A DNA stretch of 64,000 bases. It comes from Tubiluchus corallicola (taxonomy: Eukaryota > Animalia > Priapulida). Below the pieces are notes generated by a model. That model searched no databases. It saw only the letters and a program-made list of their open reading frames with translations, and was not told the origin of the DNA. Position numbers and translations under genes: made by a program. Shown in pieces: positions 48,301-61,535 of this stretch (the first letter of the stretch is position 1; every line of letters starts with the position of its first letter). The stretch covers positions 310,001-374,000 of the forward strand of contig JAQGDQ010000153.1 in the NCBI GenBank assembly GCA_030141605.1, read 5' to 3'.

Positions 48301-51300
48301 CTACTGTTTCATTTTCTTGTTATTCTTGTAAATGTTTTCCGCACTCTAAGAATGTAAATAAGTAGCGTCTATATGTCTATTTATGGAACTGAACTAGAAT
48401 ATCTCGTTCAGAACCAGGGGCTCAGAAATTAACTGTTCGCCATCTTCGTTTATTTGCCTAGCTTCAGTTTGTTTTACTTTGTTGACTTTAGAAGTACTGA
48501 ATTCTAAACACATACAAAGTTTGTCTGCACCGGTCCCCCGTGCTGCCTTCAAATAATCATTGGTCTGGGGCCTTGTTTTTTCGTCCAGAGGACTTAATAT
48601 GTACACCTATCTTAATAACAACTATCATTAATGTTTCATAAACTATTTTATAATTGTAAACTAATTTACTTGTGAGATTGCCTATTGATTTCAACAAAAT
48701 TCTGAGATATTTAAAGCTGTTGGTTCTTCAGCGAATCTTCACACTTCTTCCACTGGTTCTTCGTCCGATTGATTTCCCAGGACCACTAGGTCCAATCTTA
48801 TCCTTAGCTGTAATCATAGCGTCTTCATCATCCCTGAAGCAAAAGCGATGGACCAACTTTGTGACCAGTGAGTCAAAGGTCGAATGCTTTCATTTGGTCA
48901 ATAGTTACTTTGTATTTATATATATATGTAGTTTGTGGGACACGGAAAGGTTGAAAGACTAGTGGAATAAATCGGATCTCGAACCTGGCTTTAGAACAAG
49001 CCTATTATTCTCTGACAGTTTTTATTTTTGCCAGCTTATTTTTTGCAAATTCCCTTCATAGTAAGAAATTCGCTTTTAATTTAACAGTGCTACGACAGTG
49101 CATCTAGTGCGCTGATCTGACTAATTCAATGTTATTAGCATTTAATTTTAGGCAAATTAAGCAGATAAATAAAAATTGAAAATAGAATCAATCTGCCATA
49201 AAACAATAGCCATCACATGTACAGAAATTGAGAACTCGACTGAAAGAAGTGAAAAAAACATACATAAAAAGATTTACTCATTATGCAGGCAAACAAATCA
49301 GTGAGCTTAATCTCGTTATAATGCTGTTAACTCAGAGGTTACTACTAATAGCAAATAATAAATTAGGTCTAGCTGCTGCCTAACCAGCTTGGTGCATAAC
49401 TGGCGGCTGAAAAATAGTTTGCATAATTCATTTAAATTTCGAGAACTATACCGTTTACCTAGTATACCTACAGCCTGTTTAAAGTGATTTCAATTTCACG
49501 CATCATTTACAAAGTCGCCTCATTAGTGAACAGCTAGTCCAAAGATACCTTGAACATACATAGTTGTTTCTACATAGTTGTAGTATTAATTTGCTTGTTA
49601 TCCTACAAACTGATTGTCATCCTAAAAAGCGCAAACATCTTGCCTTTGTTTTTTAGATTTTAAAAACTCATTCGATGCCATTTGGCCAGATGGAATAATG
49701 AAAACGATACTGCAGGTGGGTCATCACATCGTCATTTATCTTAGTGAGTTAATTTTTAAATTCCGGAAACTACTGAACTCGATTGAAGGTTTGATTTTAA
49801 ATTTTCAGTGATGACCAATGGAAAGGAACAAAAATGCATTTAATATTTGCCGTTTCATTTGCAAGTAGCGTGAAGCATTGAAACTTCGTAGACTCACGCT
49901 TTACCAAATTTCGTAGCTGTGTGAGAGTGAGCATTGTCAATTCTTTGTGTTTTATTGTCAATGCAACACAATTTCACATGTTGTGCAATACAACTGTCAC
50001 AAGTTGTGACAATTGCGTGAATATAAACCGAAACCGAACAATGGCAGCCAAATTTCGATATTTTTATTACTATTGTTGCTCTTTTTTACACTATCACCTC
50101 TCATTACAATTTAGTATTTTAAAATCAGTCGTATATATGGAGTGTAGATATTGGGTAGTAGCGTGTTTTCGGTATTTAAGAATTAACTAAGGGCATTCAA
50201 GAATCTTTTCTGAGAGAACCTCGCCAGCTTCTGCTTTTTATATGGCTTCTCGCTTGCAGTACTGTTTCAATGTAACTGCTAGACAGGTGCAATCTGGCAT
50301 AACATTGCATGGCTTTTGCTTGTGTGATAAGAGCAGTGGTGTGTATTAACCTAACAGCTGCAGCTTCGTGGTTTACTTTTAGAATCTTATGGTTCAGATT
50401 CTGGGCATCCAGATTCGAATGTTAAATGTTTGTCTCAGTTGCTTTTGTTTAGTTTGCTTTATAGCTTTTACACTGGGTTTTTTCATTTTGCATACATTTT
50501 CATTTAGTTCTAGTTTATTTTTTAAGAGATCACCACCTGACTATGCCTTCATTGTTTAAAACGTGAACAATGGATTCGCCTTTCCACTCAGGCACTATAC
50601 TTAGTCATAGTTTTAGAGCTTATTTTGCATCGTGAGTTTAATGCTTCCCAGAACGCAATAATCCTAACTAATGTCAAATGTAATTTTGTTTATGTTTTCT
50701 TTTATGCCTATTTTATTTGCTGTGTTATGAGTATGAATATTGCGCTTTAAATAGTTTTTTGACTTTATGCAAAATTTTCTTTAGCATTCTGGGACAGTTT
50801 CTTAAATTCATCTATATTCCGAGCAATAGTAAAGTTTTCGGCTTTTAGTTTTATCTCGAGGTTACTAAGTCTTTTTATCGGAGTTGGATGACCTAAAATA
50901 CACAGCGTCGGTGGGGCATCAAATAGCCCATGATATACATAATGATGTTCGCTGGAAACAGGCTTAGTGAAGGCATCGTAACTTGTAGGTTATATAGGAC
51001 TACAAAGTGCATTTTGGTGATCAGTGATTGCAATACACAGAATTCATCACATAATAACCAATTCGTCTACAACCAAAAATCGTTATGACTGGTAGTATAT
51101 TGTGATTATTATGTGATCCGCGATACTTTGCGGTCATCACGTTCCCGTAGTAATATGTTTAAAATGGCTATCATCTAGTTCCAGTTACATGCATTGCAAA
51201 GGAGATTTTAGATGTTAATATGTTAAACACTTGAGCCAGAATGTCTAGAAAGCACGCCATTTTCGAATTGGTATCTGAAACAAAAATTTCCACAAATAAC

Positions 51301-51450
51301 TGCCTTTAACAGAAATATATCTTTATGTTTTCTAAAAGCCATTTTTCTGTTATTAAAAACATTTCATTTGTTTAGGGTTGTAAGTTGTGTGCATTCTATA
51401 GCTGTTTTCGTTTTGTTTCAGAATTTGTCATCATGATGACGGCGAAATAA
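24335..51450 (+). CDS. Calmodulin-like protein (not canonical calmodulin), 6 coding exons, 153 aa
   Basis: join(24335-24343,30223-30259,39943-40086,42259-42364,45312-45448,51422-51450). Protein: [153 protein letters not shown]. Four canonical EF loops. The first exon is the least certain. Confidence 0.9.
24581..24634. repeat. (CAT)n/(CGT)n compound microsatellite
   Basis: Read directly from the sequence; a similar tract lies at 28466-28508. Confidence 0.85.
25120..27080. mobile_element. Non-autonomous DNA transposon with TAG...CTA termini and 3-bp TSD (Academ-like)
   Basis: Left end TAGTACGACTAAGC versus reverse complement of right end TAGTACCACTTAGC (12/14 match). TAA flanks both sides (25117-25119, 27081-27083). 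Internal ggcggccatgttggattt-type subterminal motifs. No transposase ORF. Confidence 0.55.
30223..30259 (+). CDS. CaM-like exon 2
   Basis: tgtttttcag|GAC...TCA G|gtaaaa; [12 protein letters not shown]. Confidence 0.88.
30861..31133. mobile_element. hAT-type MITE (273 bp)
   Basis: Perfect 15-bp TIR cagggcctatttcag / ctgaaataggccctg, with an 8-bp TSD attatata at 30853-30860 and 31134-31141. Confidence 0.9.
35320..35530. repeat. ~20-bp degenerate minisatellite (tgatgatatttacctgttgc)
   Basis: Read directly as about 8-10 diverged units. Confidence 0.8.
37650..37815 (-). repeat. tRNA-derived SINE-like arm, related to the 5700-6147 element
   Basis: Minus strand has A-box tagtttagtggtt and B-box ggttcaaatcc. 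The adjacent gtagaaatgctctagtgtgag...cactcagaaatgttagaat resembles 5919-5967. Confidence 0.45.
39235..39686. mobile_element. Inverted-repeat (foldback) Penelope-like remnant with a degenerate minimal hammerhead motif
   Basis: Arms 39235-39292 and 39628-39686 are reverse complements (cttcacgacgtaccaaggcatg...gacgtttcgaaa). The right arm is preceded by CTAAAGA-A-GAGAC-TCGAGG-ATTTC-GAAA-CGTCATGGTC. Confidence 0.55.
39943..40086 (+). CDS. CaM-like exon 3
   Basis: 144 nt; actttcag|AG...GAC G|gtacga; (E)[47 protein letters not shown]. Confidence 0.95.
42259..42364 (+). CDS. CaM-like exon 4
   Basis: 106 nt; ggctgtag|GT...GAC AG|gtatgt; (G)[34 protein letters not shown]. Confidence 0.95.
43975..44480. 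repeat. Highly degenerate ~20-bp tandem array (tggcttcattgcacatagg-like)
   Basis: Recurrent gg(c/t)tt(c/t)a(t/c)tg motifs at roughly 20-bp spacing. Confidence 0.5.
45312..45448 (+). CDS. CaM-like exon 5
   Basis: 137 nt; ctctgcag|A GAC...AAC G|gtgagc; (R)[45 protein letters not shown]. Confidence 0.95.
47450..48250 (-). mobile_element. Possible heavily decayed LINE ORF2 C-terminal fragment
   Basis: Fragmentary minus-strand reads RI(R)SGMTFRNRL...LQCP...[12 protein letters not shown] resemble LINE C-terminal ends. Many frameshifts; recognition is weak. Confidence 0.25.
51422..51450 (+). CDS. CaM-like exon 6 (terminal coding)
   Basis: ttttgtttcag|AA TTT GTC ATC ATG ATG ACG GCG AAA TAA = (E)FVIMMTAK*, matching the calmodulin C-terminus MMTAK. 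Confidence 0.92.
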
Positions 51451-54400
51451 AGCGAGCCCAAAAAACACCGGCTTCGCTTTATCTTCACCTGGCGTACGAG
51501 AAACCTCGAAATTTAAAGTACTGTATATTATTTATATTTGGTGATAATATTTTGTTTTTATTGCACAGACTGAAATTCTGATTGTTGCAGATATTGTAAA
51601 ATCTATTTGATGATGTTGAACTTTGTATTATGGCAACGTCACATTTAGGTACATTGAGCCAGTTGATGCTGAAGTGGTTTACTGAGATTATTTATTAAAA
51701 CTGTGTTTTAGAATGTTCACCGGCGTCTATATAATAGTCTTCTTATACGTGCCAAAACAATTTTTAGGATGTGACAAAACGTGGCAGTGCAAGCAGCTGT
51801 TTTGTCACTGACAAAGACTAAACGAAATATATCTAGGTAAATCTTTTCAGTGTGAATAGGTTAATTTATTGGGATGTTATTATTTAAGAGGTATGTTGAT
51901 TTTATACGTCATCCGATTTTGTGTAACTGAGTTTTAATTAAACTCTCCTTTTCCGGCGTTCTTTTTAGTAAACCTATTTTGTTATAATAACATGTAAATT
52001 TAAGTGACAGAAGTATTTTATGTTTTAATTATTCTAGCAGCATGTTAATTTTGTATTCTGAATTTTTTTGTCGGCTGATCGCTTGCATTTGTCAGTACTG
52101 TGACAATTTTATGTTGAAAGTTTTGATATAGGCCAGTTCTAAACCATGGGAAAAAAAATAACACGAATTTTAATCAAAATTGCTGAGCAATCAACAAAGA
52201 CTGTGTAGTGCTGTAATATCACAATTTGTGAGGAAAATAGCTCTTTTTTTGTATTGAAAATGTGTATTATTTATTAAAAATATTGATGATTTTTCTCCAT
52301 AGTCTCAGCAAGTTGGTATTTGGTAACCCATTTTTAATTATGTATATAAGGAACCGAAACGCGTTTAGAACTTTTTGTATTTTTCTACACAGAATGTGTT
52401 ACTTAATTGTTGTAACACATAAATATAAACACTATGCTATCTGTGGAGCAAGCACAATAAAATTTGATTGCTTTAAAGCCAAGGTCTGAGTGGCGATAAG
52501 CTTATAGCTACAAGTGAAATCCCATTATAGAAACTATGAGCTTGTCACCAGGAAAACTAATCATGTTACGCCTACAGTATGAAAACTTTTAATGGGAAAG
52601 GGGTTAAAATGAAGAAACAACACAAATCGTGATTCTTTTGGGAGGACAGTTATAACCCACTACGCAATTATCATTGCAGCTATTTGGCGTTTCCTGTTTA
52701 TTTAAACAAAAATTCTTTCAAAGAAACGTATTTTTTATAACTAGCATTTTTTAGATTAGTTGTTCAATTTTGAAACTTTCTTGGCATGCTCTTGGTAATA
52801 TTACCACATTTCAGTTAAAATTTATGTGGTTTGATTTTGAAACATTCGCTATATGCAGTAAGCAGTATTACCATACTTTAAAATTTAAGTAGTTTACTCT
52901 AAACAGTGAAAACAAGGTATTAATTGTTTTAAATTTATACAGACCGCAGTGCCACGTGTTATTTTGCAAAACGCCCGTTGGACTGGAAATTCCTCTATAA
53001 GCTGCACGGTTTCCTGTGATCATATTTTCTATTAAACATCATTATAAGCGTAAATGGGACGCGTTTATCATTTTGCCAGAATGGGCAGCCATAAACCGGA
53101 CCGTCAATAAAATTTCGGCTGCCGAGAAATTTCTGAGCAGAGTCTTTTATATCACAGTCTTTTGCAGACGCCAGAATCTACTGTGCAGTTATGCATAGCA
53201 ATATACAGTGGCTTTTGATGCACAGGCGTAATGCCACAGACGAGATGAGGCACAATTGCAATGAATAGGAAGTTCACTGTTTTAAATTTTACCTGCAATA
53301 ATTTATTAACCTAAATATTTTTACTTGTGCTGTACTGACAGAAAACATCCAACCACTTGTTTGACTTACTAAACCTCAGCATTAGTGTACGTTTTTCTAG
53401 TATAAAAGCCTGGACGAAACCCTTATAAATTGTAAACTTTTGTAATCCACATTTACTGTTGTTTGAATGGAAACTGGGGAAACTGCTTTAAAGGACTAAC
53501 AACATTTTAAGTACTCGGAGAGACACAATGAAGGCTCAATGGATATCAGAAATCTCTAATAGGTTCTCATGAGTTCAGTCCCAAACTACAGAAGTAATAC
53601 CTACACAATTAAAATCTTTTTGCATAATTATAAGGCTTCTGACTGCCGATGACGTGTTTTTGGTAACGCCCCAGCACAGCGCTGGCTTCTCCTATTATCT
53701 CGGGCTATGGCTGAGCTAAGCTGTAAAGTAAACACGCTCGTTATTTATAGAAAGCTTAAATTCGGCGAAGCTGGTTTCGCTTATCACGGTAACCATAACA
53801 CGATACGACTGTGCTTTCAAATCAAAGGCCTATGTTGGTGTGCGCAGGGATATAGCAAAGTATTTGCTTGGTTAATTAATACTTGTTTTCTATGGTTTTG
53901 TTACTTTAATCGCGTAAAAAATGGAAGGCAGAGACAACTAGAAATCTCAATGGGTAACAAAGCAACCAAATAGTCAGTGTCACCACTGCTTAACGTTCAC
54001 TTATATAAGCCATGAGTTGCTGTACCATCTGATGTATGACGAGAATTTCTTCCCTGAAGTGAAGGCTTCCCATAATATTAAAGTGAATAGAAGTATGGCC
54101 TTTGCAAAATGCGTCAACATTAATAGTTACTATAACTTTGTTTTTGCTTGTATTTTCTGTCAGTTCAATATGAACCTGCTTTTGTAAATATGTACCTTGT
54201 TACGTTATTTATTTGTTGAATATTATATTTTGAGTGGTTTGAAGTGAACAAAATGACGCCGTTTTTTTGTTGTTTTTGTATTGTTTGCATTCAGAGCAGC
54301 GACGCACTAAAAGTGATGTTAATCAAATCGAGTGGTTCAAGTTGATTATAAAATTCGAATATCCACGAAAGCGGGTTATCAACAATTTTTAAAGTAAGCT

Positions 54401-56629
54401 TAGCCAAACAGCATAGTGAAAATGCTGGAAACTTGAAGAGGTAGCAAGAACATGTTAACCGTTACTTAACATGTACTTAATTGAGGACTGGGGACAAATT
54501 TATAATCATAAAAATTAATATCAGTATTTGATTAGTAAATATATGATCTTGCTACCTAATTCGAGAGAAACTTGTTCAACTCCGCGTAAGTAAGTTAAAT
54601 CATTTTACAAGTTACTAATTTCAAATCGTTACTGACGTACTTGCTCTTTGAGAGAGGCTTAAGTTTTTCAAATTTCTCTGAAAGTACCGAACATGCTGAT
54701 ACAATGACTAAAAAAATCCCACAAAGAGTATTAAGGACTCATATCATGCCCATATCGAAGAACAATTTGGCGTATAATGCTAAAATTGAGTAGATACATT
54801 TCTAGCTTGACTGATCATTCTCGCGATGGTTAATCCTGTCCCATTATAACAGGATCAATTAAAGGAGTTGAATAGTAATTCGGACGTAACTACTCGACTC
54901 GAGTAATTGTAAGTATTGTGCTACTCAATTTGAATGATAAAATTGTGAATATGCTCGGTTTGACTAAGTGTGAGCGTGGTGCTACTCAGTTTAGATGATA
55001 TTAGTACACATATTCTAGACTCATGTTATTTGAGACCGTTTGTTTAGGTTGAGTAATTGTTGAGCTGTTGAAACCTGTTCACATTAAGGAACTAGACAAA
55101 CACTCGGCCCTCCGTCGAACGTCTTCTAAAAATTTATTTTTTTGTTTTTCTTGTGTGAGTTATTATGTGCTATTATAATTTTTTTATTCTCATTTCATTA
55201 AGTACCTAAAATACATGGGTACAAAACACAATTTAAAGTTACATGACTAAAATATATAATTATTACACAATTGTAAATAAATCAGTGATGTTATATGAAA
55301 TGTAGGGAAGGATGAAGTGTAATACTTTAGTTCCTCTCTCAGATAAGTTGAATGAACGTGATTGTTAAAAATTGTTCTTATAATATATTTCATCTAGCAG
55401 TAAAAAGGTGATGCACATATTAAAATATATTATTGAATGTTCCAAGACGCTAAGCCGGTAATAACGACATCCATCAACTTTTCTGTACAAACCTCTCTGT
55501 ATCTGACTGAATTTTCCCACAGAAACCTGTATGGACATTTGGTTTTCTTTCCTGTTTTTCAGTTAATCGCCGCGAAATTTTTAACTGATTCTTTTCTAAA
55601 CTGTGTGGCCTGTTTTTCAATAGAATTTTATTAAAGGTAATCTTTTACTCCCTAACATATCTTATCAACACATATTTCATATTATTTCTTTTAAGGAAGA
55701 GATTAATTAATTAATATCGATTTTTGTGCTATTGCAAAATTAAACATTGTAAATTTCCACACGGCCTGCCTAACTACAAAACGTGACTGAAATTGGTTCA
55801 CATTTTCTGAGATTAATGTGTGGAAAAACAAATAAACACAAACAATACAAAACAAACACTGAAACAAATAAGAAATGGGTGGAATGATGAAGTTGTTCTT
55901 TGAAATACAAAAAAATTTTTTCTAGCCGAAAGATTTGCATTTTTCGTTAATTGTTCTAGTACGCCAGCCAAATTTTTCTTCTCAGAATTTTGTAAATCGC
56001 CATGCAGAGGGCAGCATCTATTATAGATTTAAAACATGCTCTCTTAATAGAAAACAAAGGGACGAGATCACATTTGGTTGAAATGTAAATGACCTTTCAC
56101 TTCTAATTATCGGCATTTAATTTAGATGCCAAAAACAGAATTTTATTTTTTTACTTTTCATATTTTTCAGTTTGGCAAAAATAATTGTCGTTGGCTAGCT
56201 GTGACAGATTGTAAAAAGGCATCCAGTTTTAAATCAGGCAGAATTTGCTAAGCACAAATTTATGCGAACTGCGTGTTTTTTGTAACAAAATCTGACTACT
56301 ATGAATATAAAAAAGCAATCACTGCGTATACCAATGGTGAAGTAGCGCGAATTTTTTAATATTCTTGAAAAATCTCTATTTTATGGTCGATGGTCTGTGC
56401 TGCCCTCTGCAGAGCAGTTTAGAAAATATGCCAACTATGAAGAACTCATTTTTGCGAATTTTTTCTTTGCATATTCAATTATTCAGTTATTTTCTTATTA
56501 TAGAAAATGTTACTAAGATGTTCATGTACTACATTGTTATTACTGTACTAATGGTTTTTTGTACATTGGAGTTGGAGCATTTGGATTGTGTTGAAGGAAG
56601 CTGAGAGCGGAAGCAACGATGGGAGTGAG

Positions 56630-56878
<249 letters not shown>

Positions 56879-57819
56879 AAACAGAGAAGGCAGAAAGGTG
56901 CGTCTTTTTTATTTTCGTTTTTGTGTTTCTTTCTATCAGATCACCGCATCACTCATGTTGTGATTAAGTGACGCAAACATTGTTATAATCTACCCGATTT
57001 CATGAAATGCGAGTAATTGCAAATTTAATCATTCATAATTCAGTTGCTGAGTATCCTCGCAAGTGAGTCAAAATACTTTCTTTTGCTTATGCACTTTATT
57101 TTCAGGTTTATCAATACTCTTCGTGCCAGACAGCCTTCTCTTTTTAAAAATTTATTGTCGTTTGTAAATGCGTTTACGTGCCTGGCTGCTGCACGAGATT
57201 TAACTGATTTTGACACTGACGGTATGGTTAGACAAAAGAGACGAAAGAGATGACGACACTGGCAGATTAGTTAGATGAAGGAGGCACTTTTCAAATTTAC
57301 CGTAACAGCTATTCAAATTAAGAAGTCAGACTATGACACTTAAACCAAAGTATTTTTTCTGATTAAGCGTGCAATGCAGGTGATTGGTGCAAACGGTAAA
57401 GAAAAACGTGCGTAAAGTTATGATCGCTTCACCTGGTGCGCGGGAAAACCCGCGAAAGCCACAAAGTGTCTCTATAACAAAAGTAGAGTTTTGGGTGGGA
57501 CCAACAAGATTCGAAAGATGTAAAAAAACTAAGCAGACATGAGCGGAAGGCCTAATCTATCTATGATCAATGACCACTGGAGAAGTAATTGATATGAAAT
57601 TTTGCCCACAAAGTCTTTTGTAAAACGCAAATATAAAATGTTAATAAGGCGTGTCTAAAGGGGCAGGGGAAGGCGTTAGTAATGATAACTCCTATTCCAG
57701 GCAACAAGGTTGCCAGGCGGAGTACCCGACCAACGTTTAGACTTTAGAGAATTTTCTCAAACTTTGTTGACATCTCTGACAAACCCTAACGGAGAAAAGC
57801 GAATTGATATATATATATA

Positions 57820-59625
57820 GTTAGTTAGTTTGAGAATATAATTACACAAATAATTAATTCAAAAATATGAGTAGTTAATTGGTTAATACTTAAGTGAAAT
57901 ATACAAAACTTATAGAACAGATACGATACCAGAAACAACAATTAATGTACATGTCAGCCTATATGCAGTAGAAATGTATAGGTTGTTCAATAACTAATAC
58001 TCAATTCATAAAATCCAATGCCTGTAGAATTCCAATACATGTAATACAATTATAGAATTAAATCCCAATAAACGGCAGCACATACACGCATAAGTTGTTT
58101 ATTAATGGGTACTTGATTGAAAAAACAGTCTACAAAGTAACTCAATATACAATTGCAAGTACAATCAACTAGTAAAACGTTTAGTGGACTTTATGTAGTT
58201 CGCCAATAATTTGAAAAGAATGTCACTGTATGGAAGACCTGATCTGAGTATGAAAAATGTCGTTGTATATAACAGCAGCTTTGGGATTGACGTGTGATTC
58301 TTGAGTTATCTGCCGAAAATAATACAGCTGATCCAATAATGTGTTCTGTGTATATCATAGTTTGAATACTCAAAAAATAACATTTTAATGACGACGACTC
58401 TCAGTCGAATTGTTACAGCTGCAAGAAGGGTCATCGATAGTAGTCCTGGAAAACAAATCACCGTTTAGTTGTGAAAAATTGGCAATAAATCTATTTGTTG
58501 AAATCGCATTACTTCGATCATCATTATAATTGGGGTGCACAGATTTAGTATGAACTCTCCATAGCTTCAATAACCTAGTTTTAAAAGCAAAGGAAGAAAG
58601 GAATGCCTGTCTGTTTTTAATCGATAAATTATTCCACGGGAGAATACCTTTTTGGAAAAAGCTGTTATACAACTCTCGTGTCGACTTTAAAAGAAATGGA
58701 TCACGTAGAGCATAGTAGTTGCTGGGACGATATTCATTTAATTTTTCAATCAGATACTAAGGAGCCTGATCATAATATATTTTTTTAATTATTCGAATGG
58801 TTTGAAGTTCACTTTTCATTTTGAATTGTGGCAAACCTTGCACGGAGTTAAGATTGTGATGGCTCAACATCGTCATTGTCCCAGACATTAACAACATATC
58901 TCGATAATGGCCTCTTTCAATTCTAATGAGATTCAAACGTCGTTGAGTAATTTGACCAAATTACCATACTGTACTCTATAGCAGGTCTATACAAGGTCTA
59001 TACAAATGTTTTACACAAGGGAATCAAGTTATAGGTACGTAGTATATATTTTAGTTGGTGAAAAATATTAATTGTCTAATGGGCCTTATTTTCTACATAA
59101 TGTATACGATGGTTCCAAGTAAGTTTTGAGTAAAAAATAATGCCCAGATGCTTTATATTATCGACCACTTCAATTTCAGCGTTGTCAAAATATATGCTTT
59201 TAAGATTTGACGGGACTACTTTGCGGTAGTATAAAATTGCTTTAATTTTTTGAACATTCATTGTCATTCGCCACCTGGAACACCAATTTTGAATTTTAGT
59301 AAGGTCACGATTTAAACTATCTACTGCAGCATTAATGTTTTTGGTGAGACAAAGTAAGTTAGAATTATCTGCAAACAGGTGAACATTATTTTCCAAGTTT
59401 GCAGATATATCAATCTTGAACACCAGAAACAACAGTGGGTCAAGAATTGATTCTTTGGGACTCCGTCTCAACGTGCTTCCATTAGAGGTAGAACCATGGA
59501 CGACAACTTTTTGATGGCGATTATCTAAATAAATTTGTAGCCAATCTAGTAGTGGTCTTCAAATACCGGCTGCATATAGGATAAAAACAAACTCATCATG
59601 TCACTCGATCAAAACTTTCATATCT
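57820..59625 (-). mobile_element. 5'-truncated decayed CR1-like LINE
   Basis: Minus strand: FDRV.HD, PKESILDPLLFLVFKIDI (PQGSILGP-like), HLFADNS, KHLGIIF, SFFQKGILPWNNL, CSCNNSTESRRH. Many stops and frameshifts. (aact)n tail near 57820-57831. Confidence 0.85.
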
Positions 59626-61134
59626 AATTACACACCATAACAATTAATGGTGAAAATTGTTGAAAAGGCTAAAATTGATCATTTCCTAATTTTACCTGTG
59701 ATCAATTGGCTACATTTAGTTAGTTGAAAACCTAACAGTACTGGCAAAAAGACAAATGAACGTTTTGACGTCAGACAAGAAATCGATAATCAATCCACAA
59801 TCATTATTAGTATGGTAATCATGATAGTTCATGAAACACGTGTAAATTATTGTTGGCGCCGGCGGTAACAGCAACGAGGGTTGTGATTTGGCAGTGTTTT
59901 GGCAGCTGTGACAGTGCTACTGCTGTTGGCTTCTTGCCAAAAATGAGAGTCCACCAAAATCTAGCATGCATTCATGCACTGATGCAACAATGATTTTTCA
60001 ATACCAAAGTCCCATTCGCTTGGCTGTTTGAATCTATGGGCTCACAAAATGCACTTCAATTAGTCGAATTAGTCCATCCTATAGTCATAGTGCAATTGTT
60101 TATCAAATGAAGCCACTTAAAAGGTAAAGAGTTCTACTGGTCCTGTAATAAGTGCAGTGGCTTCGATCCAAATCGGGATTGCAAGAAAGCTAACTAAAAA
60201 CCAGGTAAACACGAGAAGCGCATGCGCCAATGGCAAGATCGAAATATAACCGATCGGAAAATATAAATTTACTTGCATCTGAGAAACCTGATTGTTTCAA
60301 AGTTTATCTGAGTTTGCTTGTGCAGTTTGTAACTCGTGTTTTTGCCTAACAGCTAAGAAACTGTGATTTGGGGAAACCTTTGCATAACTTGGAGAACACT
60401 TCACAATACTTCGCATAAACGTTTACAGTTAAATCGTGATTTCTTTATTTAGCCAGAAACAAAACAAGTCCTGCTATTATTCCGAAACGTTGTTGGTGCT
60501 AATTATCACGCAATTTTTACTCAGGACGTATTGGAAAGAGCAGGAATCAAAAGTTTTGTCTTATAAATGAATTCCTCCAAAGACGAAGAAAGTATTATTA
60601 CATCTAACACTGAGTAATGAGAATGCATGCTTGGTAAGCTTTTAAAAAACGAAATATATGTTAGGCATTGGTGTCTTACAAAACGCGAAAAGAATTGAAT
60701 TTGCGAATTTTAAGAAACGTGCGCTCTGGAAATCGCCTGAACCAATAAAAGCAAAGCACGGAAATCGAAAACAAAATGCGAAGAAAGATTGAGCATTGTT
60801 TGTGTGTCTCAGCAATGGCTGTTCTATCAAAAGATGTATTCAGCCTAAATGTGTATTATTAAACAGCTTTGGGGGACTTTTCTTAAAATTGTTACAAGAA
60901 GCTAGCACAATTACGTGTAGCTGCGTTTTTCAGCAAGCATGACAAAACTTCACAATTTTGATGCATCTTTACATGAAAGGCTTTCAAATTTCTTGCAAAA
61001 ATATTTTATGCACCTTTCGAAATTTTATTGATTTCTCAGTCTTTTCTTCTGAGCAGAAACAGTTCTCATAAATTTTACTAAGACCCGGAAGTTATTCGGC
61101 AAACAGTGAATTGACTGAAGTAGTTTTGAATGTC

Positions 61135-61410
61135 ATGGCCGTGTGCAGGTATACCGTGTGCACTGTAGCTGTTGTCATCACAATAATCAGCGCCGCTTCA
61201 GCAGCAATGAAAGTCAATAATTTCTATGACGGGGAACCGATGCCTGCTGGAATAATAGAATTGCCTTTGGCGGGAGTTTTCCCAATGTCTGGGGCCTGGA
61301 GTGGCGGGCAGACTATTGTACCTGTCATGAAATATGCACTGGACATGATTAACAATCGCTCAGACTTATTATCTGGATATCGACTCAACATCTACTGGGG
61401 TGACTCCGCT
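61135..61410 (+). CDS. First coding exon of a GABA-B-receptor-like class C GPCR (signal peptide plus start of Venus flytrap/ANF domain); gene continues beyond what can be resolved
   Basis: MAVCRYTVCTVAVVITIISAASAA is a signal-like peptide, followed by LAGVFPMSGAWSGGQTIVPVMKYALDMINNRSDLLSGYRLNIYWGDSA|gtaagt. This matches the GABA-B N-terminal motif G.FPMSG.W.GG...P...AL..VN.R.D.L.GY.L....DS.C. Confidence 0.8.
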
Positions 61411-61535
61411 GTAAGTACAATTATTTTCCTGTATATTTTACCTGAACTATGCCCATTTCGGGGGTAGGGTAATACAACAAGATGCAATTTTTTCATAAAA
61501 GTAGATTAATAGCGTTCCACAACGAAATGGAAAAA

